DNA of 63,886 nt, filler included, from Gonapodya sp. JEL0774 (lineage: Eukaryota): NCBI GenBank assembly GCA_027604505.1. It is 3 parts of 3 records of this genome, joined end to end, with 100 filler letters (N's around TTAATTAATTAA, not from the genome) between each part and the next. Parts side by side here need not be neighbours in the genome. Positions count along the whole stretch, not along the records: positions 1 to 21,905 come from JADIIX010000242.1; 2 more parts are not named here. One strand, written 5' to 3'. The notes beneath the pieces are model-generated. The model was not told where the DNA came from. It was given only the letters and a program-made list of their open reading frames with translations, and searched no databases. The position numbers were made by a program, and so were the translations under genes. Numbering within the stretch: position 1 is the first letter of the stretch; every line of letters begins with the position of its first letter. Of the stretch, positions 1-11,632 are shown one piece after another.

Positions 1-965
1 GGGCCAAAAACCCCTCTTTTCACAGGGGTAGCTGTACTTGCCCCCTCACAAAAAACATTCTACTACATATTGGGAGTGGGTTGGGAGTGTTTGAGGCAGT
101 TTGGAGGGGTCAATAAAGTGTATCACAGTCACACACCCCTAGTAGGAAACCGGTCCGGTGTGGGGAGGAGGGGATGTGCGATGTAGGCTCGGGCCATTGG
201 TGGAATCGACACATGCGTCCACCAGGGCCTCGGGCCAGTGGCAACTGGTGAGAACATCTTGCTGACTATCGAACGGACCTGCACACAAGTGCAACACGGG
301 CGTATGGACCGCACGAAACTGTCTCTCGTCGTGGCAAGCCCGGCTCATCTCGCAGACGCTTGTCTGGGGCTCGCCAGACTTGCCCCGTGCCCTTGTCCCT
401 CGCCATACTCACCGGGCAAACAACTTGGTACAAAATATGACACACAAAGTCGGCGCTACTCCTTGACAGCTCCCCTGTGTGCAGTGTCATTGCTGCGATC
501 TGTTCTGGAGTGAAGATGAGGTGTCCGACGAGCCCGACGTATGTGCGTGCGGGCGAGATCGGTGTGGTGGACAAGAGTGTCCCGCATTGGGACGCGGTGG
601 GGTGGGGACACGAAAGTCCGTCAGCGCGTCCACCGTCAGTCCGTCAGTTTATCAGTCCTACATTCCATGACCTGTCCGATGGTCGGTCAGAGCGTCACGA
701 CAGCCACTGCACCCTCAGCCCATCACCGTCCACCGTCCACATTCCACTGACTCTGACACTGCCGACCGGATCTGCAGCATCACAGTATCACAGTATCGGT
801 GGATTCTACCAATTGGTGTCTGTGCGATGTGTCGAACGGTGAAATGTTCAGAAATGGACACACAGGGCAGAAGGACCGAGTGATGAGTGTGGGGGAGTGA
901 GCGGGACAGAGAGGGCATGGTACAGGTGTGATGGATGAGATGAACATGTCGGGTCAGGATGCACA

Positions 966-1900
966 AGAATAATTGTCACTATTTGCACCACAGCAAATCC
1001 CAACTCTGATTCTCTGATTCTCCACTTCAAGAACACTCCTTCTTTTCGGCATCAACATTTTCCATTTCTTGAGGTGTCTCAGTGCGGCGGTGGAGTTCTG
1101 GAGTTCTCCGTATCTCCTCACGGTCTTCTCGCCCCCCATTCTTTGAGCGAGGTTGTTGGCACCGTCTTTCTCCACTTTGGACTTCAGTCACCCAAGTTCA
1201 GAGCATTTGCCTATCGCTTTATTTTATCTATTCTGATGCTGAAGTCGTTCTTGTGCCAGAGGACAGCCCATCACATCTCTCGGGTGCTTCATGCTTTTCA
1301 ACCGTCGTTGAATCAATCCATCCCTCAATCACTATGCCTCCTCCCAGCACATATACTCGCTGCTTCTGTTGGGAGCACGCCGTACCTTTGCCTACAATTG
1401 CAGCTCAAAAGAATGAAATTACGGGACTGGGACTGGGGCAGTTTTGCAGAGATCGGAGGAGAATGTTGCCGACGACGAAATCACAAAGGAATCCCGCTTT
1501 CGCCCAGAAATATCTGGCGAGAACGCTCGAGAATGAAATGCTTGTCTAGGGCTATTGCCAACCTCTTGATTTTCAACTTACTGCACACTATGGTCATAGA
1601 ATCAGATATCACATCACGATACTAATGACATAACTTGGATACATGGACATGTATTGATATCGCCGGACCAATATCGCAACAAAAACGCTGCATAAATAGT
1701 CTACTTTTGTCTTTCAAGCGCTCAAATGAATTGCTTCCTGTCTTCTGTTCAGTTACAGGAATTCGCGCCAAAAGCTTGACCTCAAGGATAACCCGGGCGA
1801 GCGTTACATTAAACAAAACCGGCCTGTATTTCCTTCATGTCGATGGCTTTCTTGATCCTCGGTGAAGATGTCGTTTCAATGACAACAAGAATTCTTGTTA
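966..1900. repeat. Dispersed degenerate repeat, copy 1 (paralog at ~10069-10960)
   Basis: Colinear similarity by eye along the whole length, e.g. 'aatcccaactctgattctctgattctccacttcaagaacactccttctttt' vs 'aatcccaaattccgattcactgattctcgtcttcaaaccactccttctttt', and 'gacgacgaaatcacaaaggaatcccgctttc' vs 'gacgacgaaatcgcaaaggaatcctgctttc'. Ends are approximate. Confidence 0.85.
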
Positions 1901-2172
1901 ACACCATCAATGTCCAAACTTTGAATTCACACCTGCAGTAAACATACTTGTCACTCAACCTCGCTGTGTATTCACATATTTAAAAACATGGGCACGTTCA
2001 CGGATCCAAGTTTTATCTGCTGACAACCCCTCACTGATCTGGTTCTCTGACAGAACTCGCCCTCAGCATTTCTGGGCGGGATGTCATCATCTGTACTTCA
2101 GAGACACAAAGAAAATACCACTGACATTCATGAACTACACATGCAATAAGCACACATGTTTGTTCCTCCACC

Positions 2173-5100
2173 TCATGACCCCCTCAACCTCTCCAATGCA
2201 CCCCGCGCCTCCCACGTGTCCGCCAACTTGTACATCTCGATTGCCTTGGTCACGTCCTTTGCTAACCCTCCCAGTCCCTTTTCGTACATCTGACCCAGAC
2301 TTGCTGCAGCGACCACATCACCCTCGTCCAGGGCCTCAGTGTATAAGCTCACAGCAGTTACCAGGTCATGCATCAAACCTCCTCGACCGTCCTTGTACAT
2401 TCCTGCAAGTAAAGTCTTTGCCCCAGCTCGCAGATCTTTTAAGTAGTATTCCACCGCTTTCTGCTCGTTGTTTGCTCTTCCACCCCACCCATGCTCATGG
2501 AGCAAGCCAAGTGCCCAAAAGTGTTCAGCATCACCAGCTGTTGTAAAAAGTTCCTCTGCCCTTTCCACATCATACTCACAGCCACCTAGACCATGCAAGT
2601 GAAATAAGTATGCTAAATTGAACTGAGCCCAAGCATCTCCTTGCTCCGCAGCTGCTGTGAAGAGGTTCTTGGCTTGATGTACATCCTGTGACATGCCACA
2701 TCCACTGACATACATCCACGCAACGTTGTTCTGTCCACCTGTGTTCCCCTGGTCAGCAGCTTTCCTAAACCACTTCACAGCCTCTGCCTCATCCTTCTGC
2801 ACACCATGTCCATTGCTGTACATGAAACCAAGATTGTACTGGGCATCTGCATCACCCTGGTCAGCAGCCCTCCTGTACCACTTTACAGCCTCTGCCTCAT
2901 CCTTCTGCACACCACGCCCACTGTCATACATGAGTGCAAGATTATGCTGTGCTGGTGCATGATGCTGGTCGGCAGCCCTCCTGTACCACTTCACAGCCTC
3001 TGCATCATCCTTTGGCACACCCTGCCCATACTGGTACATCAAACCAAGGTTGCACTGGGCAGGTCCATAGCCCTGGTCAGCAGCCTTCCTGAACCACTTT
3101 ACAGCCTCTGCCTCATCCTTCTGCACACCATGCCCATTGCTGTACATGAGCGCAAGATTATACTGTGCTGGTGCATGATGCTGGTCGACAGCCCTCCTGT
3201 ACCACTTCACAGCCTCTGCCTCATCCTTCTGCACACCCTGCCCTTTCTCATACATCACACCAAGATTGGACTGGGCCAGTGCATGACCCTGGCCAGCAGC
3301 CCTCCAGTACCACTTCAGAGCCTCTGCCTCATCCTTCTGCACACCCTGCCCGCTCTGGTACATCCAACCAAGATTGTACTGGGCAGGTGCATTCTCCTGG
3401 TCAGCAGCCCTCCTGTACCACTTCACGGCCTCTGCCTCATCCTTCTGCACACCACACCCACATTCATACATGAGCGCAAGATTGTACTGGGCAGGTGCAT
3501 TACCCTGGTCAGCAGCCCTCCTGTACAACTTTACAGCCTCTGCCTCATCCTTCGGCATACCACACCCACTGTCATACATGACAGCGAGATTGTACTGGGC
3601 AGGTGCATGACCCTGGTCAGCAGCCCTCCTGTACCACTTTACAGCCTCTGCCTCATCCTTCTGCACACCCTTGCCGTGCTGGTACATGAACCCAAGGCCG
3701 ACCTGTGCATCTGCATTACCCTGATCTGAGGCCCTCCTATACCACTTCACAGCCTCTGCCTCATCCTTCTGCACACCCTGCCCGTTGTTGTACATCACAC
3801 CAAGATTCGACCACGCCAGTGCATGACCCTGGTCCGCAGCCCTCCTGTACCACTTAAAAGCCTCCGCCTCATCCTTCTGCACACCCTTGCCATGCTGGTA
3901 CATGAACCCGAGACCAACCTGCGCATCTGCATTATCCTGATCCGAGGCCCTCCTGTACCACTTTACAGCCTCTGCCTCATCCTTCTGCACACCACGCCCA
4001 CTGTCATACATGAGTGCAAGATTATGCTGTGCTGGTGCATGATGCTGGTCGGCAGCCCTCCTGTACCACTTCACAGCCTCTGCATCATCCTTTGGCACAC
4101 CCTGCCCATACTGGTACATCAAACCAAGGTTGCACTGGGCAGGTCCATAGCCCTGGTCAGCAGCCTTCCTGAACCACTTTACAGCCTCTGCCTCATCCTT
4201 CTGCACACCATGCCCATTGCTGTACATGAGCGCAAGATTATACTGTGCTGGTGCATGATGCTGGTCGACAGCCCTCCTGTACCACTTCACAGCCTCTGCC
4301 TCATCCTTCTGCACACCCTGCCCTTTCTCATACATCACACCAAGATTGGACTGGGCCAGTGCATGACCCTGGCCAGCAGCCCTCCAGTACCACTTCACGG
4401 CCTCTGCCTCGTCCTTTTGCACTCCCTTCCCAGTCCGGTACATGGTTCCAAGATTATACTGGGCCTGTGAGTAACCCCAGTCAGCAGACTTCTTCCACCA
4501 CTTCACTGCCTCCTTGTGGTCTTCAGCATGTCCTTGACCAAAATAGAAGCATTCACCCAAGTCATTCTGGGCATGAAGGTTCCCTTGCTTGGCAGCACGT
4601 TGGCACCACATGAATGCAGATTCAAGGTTCTTTTGAAGTATTCCAAGCCCATTCTTGTAGAAAAAGAAGAGTTGATGCATTGCCTCCACATGGCCAAATT
4701 CAGCTGCACGTAAATAAACCTGTGCTGCCTTGTCGAAGTTTTGTTCCTTCCCTTGACGTCCATGGTGAAAGCCATCTGCCATATTCCATAAGTAGTCAGC
4801 ATCACCAATCAAGTCTGCCTCTGGGACTGAGTCAATCTCTGCTGGTGGGCGTTCAGGACTAGGTGGCATGCATTGAGAAACCAGCATGATCAAATAAAGA
4901 AACATTGTGCTCACGTGATCTGAGAAAGCATGCAAACTATTGAAGAAAATGGTGGACGCTGGGTTGGATCTGGATTCCAGCATCTTCTCATCAGCAATTC
5001 CAATTTAGTAGGCATATTGATGTCAGCTGGAATGTCTGGCCGTTCATGTGGATGATTGCATATCTTAGGTAGTAATGCATAGAATTGCAGGGTTGGAAGT

Positions 5101-6399
5101 TCCCCAAAAGGTTCTTTCTTGGTGAAGAGCTTCCAAGAGGATCGACACATGTTTGTTACATGGTCAACACTAACAATGACGGCCACGCTCCTTACCGAAT
5201 ATATGACCATTGCAAATGCGTAGATATCGTCAGCTTTTGTTGTTCCCTCTCTACGCAACCTTTCAGGTGACATGTATCGCGCCTTCCCATTCCGGCCACC
5301 AGTGGTGTCAAACGTTGCTGCACTCAAAACTTTTGACGCTCCAAAATCCGTCAAAACTGCTTGTTTCCTTCTGTCTACAAGAGCATTGTCGGGAGAGAGA
5401 TCTGCGTGCACGATGTTCAAGCTGTGCAAGTACTCCATCCCGCGAGCAATATCAAGAAGCTGGAGGAGACAGTGCATATGAGTCTCCAAAAACTGAAGCA
5501 ACAAATCAAAGATATGAACTCACAAGCAAAAGTACTTCTTTCTGCCGTAGAGTTTCATCTTGGGCAAATCGTTCAAGATAGTTGGGCACGCTCCCATACT
5601 TGAGGATTGGGGAGACGAACGCAAACCATTGTCCTTGCCTCACAATACCGTACAAGGGCAGCACATGCTGAGAGGTCAACTTGTACCAAGTGGTTGCTTC
5701 ATCGTCGAACGACTGTGCGTACGGTCTGCAAGGTGAGACTAGCTGAGCGCATTGCTGAACAACGGCTCGTACCTTCAGGTCATATCCTTTTGCAAACGCT
5801 ACAATCTTGACAGCGACGTCAATATCCTTGAGCCATTTTCCGCGGTACACAGTGCCATACCCTCCACTTCCTAGCACGTCAGTGACAGAGCAAACCAAGT
5901 CAGCCTCTTTGATTTCCCAGAGCTCTGGAAGTTTTGCAAGCTCAGAGATCGTGGAATTTGGGATTACATCTTTCGGGATATCTGCTCCCGCGGGAGGAAG
6001 TACAGGACGCGGAGGGGGAGGCGGGTCGGCGACCAGTTCTGCGTTCAACGGTCCGATGAAAGACGCAAGGGGAGCTGTTTGCCAATTGTCCGTAAGATCG
6101 GAAATGTGTTCCCGCGTGGGCGACACGTCGGCTGGTTGAGACAGTCCAGCTCCAACGAGGGCTGACACGAGGGCAGTTTGCCAGTCGTCCGTGGCTGCCG
6201 ATGTGGACCCACGAGTGTCTTCTCTCCTGATTGAAGAGCCCATTAGAGACAATTGCGGTTGGACGCGTGTTGTTTTCCAAGCTCCGGGGATTCCCGTGAC
6301 CATGGCTGTCTCACCGTCCCGCGCTTCGGCGGATCCATCAGCGGCGTTTTTCTCACGAGCAGATGTAATGAATTTGAAAAACTCTGCGATAGGGAGCAT
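2173..6399 (-). CDS. TKL-like protein kinase fused to a long C-terminal SEL1-repeat array (5' end probably extends beyond 6399)
   Basis: Kinase motifs LGSGGYGTVY, VAVK, IVHADLSPDN, DFG, YMSPE, DIYAFAM. Frame-consistent introns at 5713-5772, 5460-5523, 5130-5195 and 4859-4914 join it to ~24 SEL1 units (AQYNLGxMYxxGxGVQKDEAEAVKWYRRAADQG). Stop at 2173. Confidence 0.9.
2700..4480 (-). repeat. Coding tandem repeat, 108-nt (36-aa) SEL1 units with high internal nucleotide identity
   Basis: 'acagcctctgcctcatccttctgcacacc' recurs every 108 nt. Block 2867-3317 equals block 3947-4397. Confidence 0.95.
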
Positions 6400-9300
6400 T
6401 CCGCTGGCCTCGTGGGGTCTGTCTTGGTGACAATGGTTGTTGAGGTCTGAGGCGGGACTTATCTCGGCTGGCTGTGGTGATCCTCCGTCTCCACCAAACT
6501 TGTATTACAAATGGAATGGTGGCGCTCATCCACGCCTTCCTCATTTGAAGTCTAAATCTGCATGATAGCTTGTAGTGACCATATTACAAGCATTAATGCA
6601 TCCTACGAGGAGTTACCTGTGTTGTATTCAGCTGATTGAGAATGGTAAAACCCCTGTTTCAGCTATGTCAGAGGATTTTAGGCAACAGACACAATCAACA
6701 ATATGACGCTCGAACGCAATCCTTCGGCACTAGGCACCTGTTCAAGTGCATTTCCGAATCGGCCCACTCCTGAGATAAGGCACACTTGATGTCTGTGTAA
6801 ATTCCGTTCCCGCTATGCTAAAATTGTGGGGCTATTCTCGAGTGGAAGTGAAAATGGGGGTTGTTCGGGGTTTGGAGTTGGCGTTGTTGCAGTGCTTGTC
6901 GCCATTGTCCCGTCCCCACTCTCCATTTCCCACTCTCCATCCCGCACTCGACCCCCCATTCCCATCCACACTCATCACTCGCTCATTCTCCCCTGTTTGT
7001 CAACCCGTGTTCCCTTCCACTTCCAGCACCGACTTGTTCGGCAAACACCACACCCAACCACTCCACACTCACAGGCCCCACTGTTTCCTTCCTACCCTAC
7101 AAACCCACGGCCACAATCAAAGAAAAATAATAGAATGGACGGATGGATGGACGGATGAATGAACGAATGCAGGCCTAACAGAATGAAAACATAAGAAAGG
7201 TCCACCACAGAGACGAACTCACAATGGTGGACCAGACAAACCGTGACCCTGAAAACCCAATCGAAAAAAACGAATTACCAACCTCGACCCTTACCTGACC
7301 CCGAGCCCCTGCTCCTTCGCCCCACGCCTCCGTTCGTGTTCCCCGCCTCGCCCTTCACCTTCCTCTTCCGCTCACCCTTCCGCTTTTCTGCCCTTCGCCG
7401 CACCGTGCCCAGCCACTGTACCGTACTGAATGAGAAACATTCAGAGAATCCGTGAAGGAGCATAAGTTGGGTCCAGTCGACAATGCCGGTTGCAATCACC
7501 GGTACGCCAACACAGGGCAGGAGCGGGGTGGGTGGAGAGGTGGAGGTGCAGATGGTGGTACGTGGGGAGCGAAGGGAAGATGGAGCAGATGGGGGTTAGG
7601 GCGACGATCAGGCACGAAGCAGGCGGCGGTTACGCCTGCGCAACAGAGGCCCGGGTGTAGTATTCAGAGGTCGCGTGTGGGTGTTCGGTGGGAGGGGGGG
7701 CGGGGAGGGGGGGGGGGGGGAGGGGGGTGAAGGGGGGGTGGACAGAGATCAGCGCGAGTGGAGAGGGTGTGATGAAAAGGTGAGATAAGGAAGCCCTGGG
7801 AACGAAATCACGCAATTCGGTTGTGGCAACGCAGATACTGGTGAAGAACAAGTCCCGGTTGCGAGTCACGCTAGCACTCTCCGTGTCCACGTCCCCCACT
7901 CCACCACCGCCAGCCACACGAAGCCAAATGAGCGGGTGCGCTCACCCGCCTGACAGTGCACCGAAAAATTCCTCCTCGGTCGCCAATAGCGGGCACGAAG
8001 GAGGGATTTAACGAGCATGGTGGATGCGGTGAGGATCTGGCGTGGGGGAGAAGGAATGGGAGCCACAAGGGAATGAGATCGGACGGGGTTGTGCAGTGTC
8101 GAGTGCGAAAGGTCTGGTGGCACGCGAGGTCACATCAAACATCCGCTGGTTCGAGTTTGACGGCGACAACTCGCCGGAATCCAACCCAAATGTACCGCAC
8201 GAAGTGGCACCTTGGCGGCAGCACTACCGCACAGCTCGCTCCCGCTTCCATCCCACTTCCCACATTTCCCGCTTCACCTCCACCACCGACTCACCTCCAC
8301 GTCTTCCCCTGCCGCACACCAGATTCCCTCACTCCCTCGCGTATTCAGGATTGGAATTCCCCCGGGGACGAATCAAACTTCCGATTGTGTAGGGCGTAGG
8401 ATGCGCGTCGCCGCACATGGGGTGATCGGTGGGGTTCTTTGAATGGGTGGGAGTAGGAAGCAGGGGGGACTGGAACGGAGGCTGGAGGGCGGTGGTTTGC
8501 CGACGTACCTTGCTGGCTCGAACATCAGCCGGGCGAGGACTTGCGGGAGGCAGTACTGGAGTAAGGTGCGCGGTATAGCGGTGAAGTATGTTGTGAGTGT
8601 GAGTGGAGTCCGGCACACATACCCGACCATGCATCCTTGCCGTTCAGGTCCTCCACGCCTACAAAATCATGCACGGCCCCTTCTTTTTCTTCTGCAGAGG
8701 GGGCTCCAGCGCCGCCACGATAGCCTCGTCCAACACGTTTTGAGTCCCTCAGAGACGGGTCGTAAGCCTACGGGACGGATGGCTGACGGCGGACAGCGGA
8801 CCGTCATCTTGTCCGGGTGAGAAATATAGGGTCCACACAACAAGCACTCACATCACACCGAACCGCCGAACGGTTACGTTCCGGGCCGTTTTCGGCACCT
8901 TCCCGACGCTTGCCCCACCCTCCATATAACTCCTCCCACTCTGCTCACTCTGCCCACCCCGACCCAGCTCACCCACGACCGGAACAGCGTACAGCTCCTC
9001 GGCCCGCGTGTCGCTTCATGCGTCCCGTACATGTTCCCGTCCTCGCACTTGTACTCGTTCATACTCGTCCTCGTCCTCGCAATTGGTGTCCGTGGGGGGG
9101 AGGAGGTGGGAGGGGAATGGAAAAGAATGGGCGGGCGACCGTGGGGACCGCAAGGGGTCCTGGTGGGTCAGAGTCGAAGTCGCGTGTGGGTGTGAACCCC
9201 TCCCACACTCCCACACTCCTCATCACCGCACACCAGCGCAACCGCACAACCACACGGTGGAAGCTCCACTCAACTCTAGTCCACTCGTGTGAGCACTCCA

Positions 9301-10068
9301 CCAGGTCGGTACCGCACGTGTTCGGGTATGCGTGGTCCACACCAGGCCACAACACCACAACACCACAATACCACACCAACGCACTCGATCCCTGACCGCG
9401 ACCGCGACCCGGCCACACGGGACGCGTCCGCCAATTACGCGTCCAACTATCCACCGCCAGTCGTGTCATGATTCGTCACGTCACGTCAAGTCACGTCCCA
9501 CACGATCGGCCGGCACATCGGTAAGTCGGTACGTCAATTAGTCGTGTCGGGTCGTTTAGACGGTACGTCGGTCGGAGAGGAGGGGCGCTGTGGTGTGGGG
9601 AGGAGTGGTCGTAGTGGCGGTGGTGGAGTCGCGGGGACACAAAGTGGAGAGGAAAGGGGATAGTCCGCCGTAGAGTCGAGAGTCGAGAGGCGAGAGTTCG
9701 TGTAGAGGGTCGGCAGTGCACTTCCCGCCCCCCGCCCCCAGCCCCTTCGCCCAATCAGCCCGCCACCCCTCCCGACTCCACCCACAGGACCGACCCACAA
9801 GCGGTTGAGAGCAGCGGGACCCGGCGGATACGGGTGAGTGTGGCGCGACGGTGCGACGGTGCATTTGGTGCGGTGGACTCCTCGGCTGTCGTACTCGTGT
9901 GGTGGAATTTCTGTGTCACTGCAGTTGTCACGTGGGTGGGTGAGACGGACAGGGGAACACGCCTGGGTGAAGTGATTGAAGGGGGAGCAGTCGCCGTAGA
10001 GGGCATGGGAGAGGAGAGGTGCACGTGAGTGGAGAAGTCATGAGATTGGAAGCGGGACACCATTACCC

Positions 10069-10960
10069 AGAATTGTTTTGTCACTCCGAATCCCAAATTC
10101 CGATTCACTGATTCTCGTCTTCAAACCACTCCTTCTTTTGGTATCAACATTTTTCCATTCCTTGAACCGTCCCGGTGCGGTGGTGGAGTTCTCCGTATCT
10201 CTTCATGTTCTTCTCGCCCCGATTCCTCCATTTGCCGGCGCCGTTTCTCCACTTCCAACTTCAGCCGGCAACTAAGTTCTGAGCGTTCGCCTACTACTTT
10301 GCTTGCTCTTGATGCTCAAGTCGATCTTGTGCCAGAGGACGGCCCAGCACATCTCTCAGATGCTTTTTTTGGTTTTCGTCCAGTCCCGCGTTCCATCATT
10401 CAATCATCCCTTCTCCAAGCACATACTCGCTGCTTCTATTTTGGAGAATGCAAACTGGAGTATTTTCGCCTGCGACCGTAACTGAAATGAATGAAGTCAC
10501 GGGACTTGGACTGGGGCAGTGGTCGTACAAGAACATCAGAGACGACGAAATCGCAAAGGAATCCTGCTTTCCCCGAAAAATATCTGGCGAGGAAGCTTGT
10601 GAATGAAATATTGTCAGTTTATCTCGTTTTTCAACTTAGTCCCCACTTCCGACACCGAATCAAATCTCCCATCACAATACCGATGATATAACTTGGAGAC
10701 GTGGACAGATACTGAAATCGACAGATCAAATTTGTCATGAAAATGTTGCATAGACAGCTTGTTTCCGCCGTTCAAGCGTTCAAAAGAATTTGCTCCTTGC
10801 CTTCCTATCGACGACAGGAATTCGCGCAGAAATCTTGACATCAAGCACAACCTGGGCGAGCGTTACATAAAGCGAAGCGCCCTATTACTTCCTTCATATC
10901 GATGGCATTTTGATCCTTAGTGAGGATGTTGTTTCAATTCCAACAAAGAATTCCCGTCAA
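10069..10960. repeat. Dispersed degenerate repeat, copy 2 (same orientation as 966-1900)
   Basis: Colinear similarity to copy 1, ending at 'caacaaagaattcccgtcaa' (copy 1: 'caacaagaattcttgttaa'). Confidence 0.85.
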
Positions 10961-11632
10961 CCTGGCCGTATTTGGAAGTCAGCCCATTCATCCACCGAGC
11001 GAATGGTTCCATCGGCATTGACTGTCCAAAATGCCCAGAATAGTACTGACACGCCCGTGAGGTTGAAGGTTGTTATGGTAGTTCGGGTGTACATCGCCGA
11101 GTTGGTAGTAGGCCATCACCGTCATCTGATCGGTTCGGCTGGTATTCGAAGTAACGTTGGACACCAAGTTGTTGTTGCCAGTTGGATTTGAAGTGGTATT
11201 GCCAAGCGACAACGGAGCCGTCTCTGCGACCAGCGTTGCACTGAAGGTAAATCTGTAAACACAGAAACCTGCAGCTGCCAGTGTAATAAGGGTGGCCAGA
11301 AGTATCACTACGACCAGCTTTCTTCTCCGTTGAACTGATCCAGTAAAGGATTTTCGTCCGGACAGGTTGCTCTCAATACCAGAAATCGATGCGTCGCTAC
11401 CACCAAGGCCTGTGGTACTTTCAGAGACCGGCTTCTGTGCAGATTTTGATAACTTTCTAATGGCTGTAGAAGATTTCCCTCCCGGTGGCTTCATTAGCGG
11501 TTTGATTTCATGAGGAGTGTTTGAGTCCGAGTGTGGTGAAGACGTTGCACCGGATGATGGAGAAGTTGAATCCGAGATGTGATCATTACTTGGCGATGTA
11601 TTTGACGTAAAATGCCCATGTGACATTTGCAC
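10958..11632 (-). pseudogene. Truncated, frameshifted GH18 chitinase with N-terminal transmembrane anchor
   Basis: ORF gives RRRKLVVVILLATLITLAAAGFCVY (TM), an N/S/T-rich linker and VMAYY. A one-base frameshift near 11105 continues NSAMYTR...NLTGVSVLFWAFWTVNADGTIRSVDEWADFQ, matching the GH18 start (vgYy.nW.iY.R....lthi.yAF..v..dGt....D.wAD). The catalytic DxxDxDxE region is absent. Confidence 0.7.

Noticed and set aside
1..130. CpG-free segment that might be a transposon end
   Set aside because: Cut by the window edge, with no partner TIR or TSD visible.
2693..4613. Long plus-strand ORFs over the SEL1 region
   Set aside because: Antisense shadows of the repetitive minus-strand coding sequence.
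6800..10060. Many overlapping GC-rich ORFs
   Set aside because: Low complexity with no recognisable domain or consistent exon chain. A gene may exist but cannot be supported.
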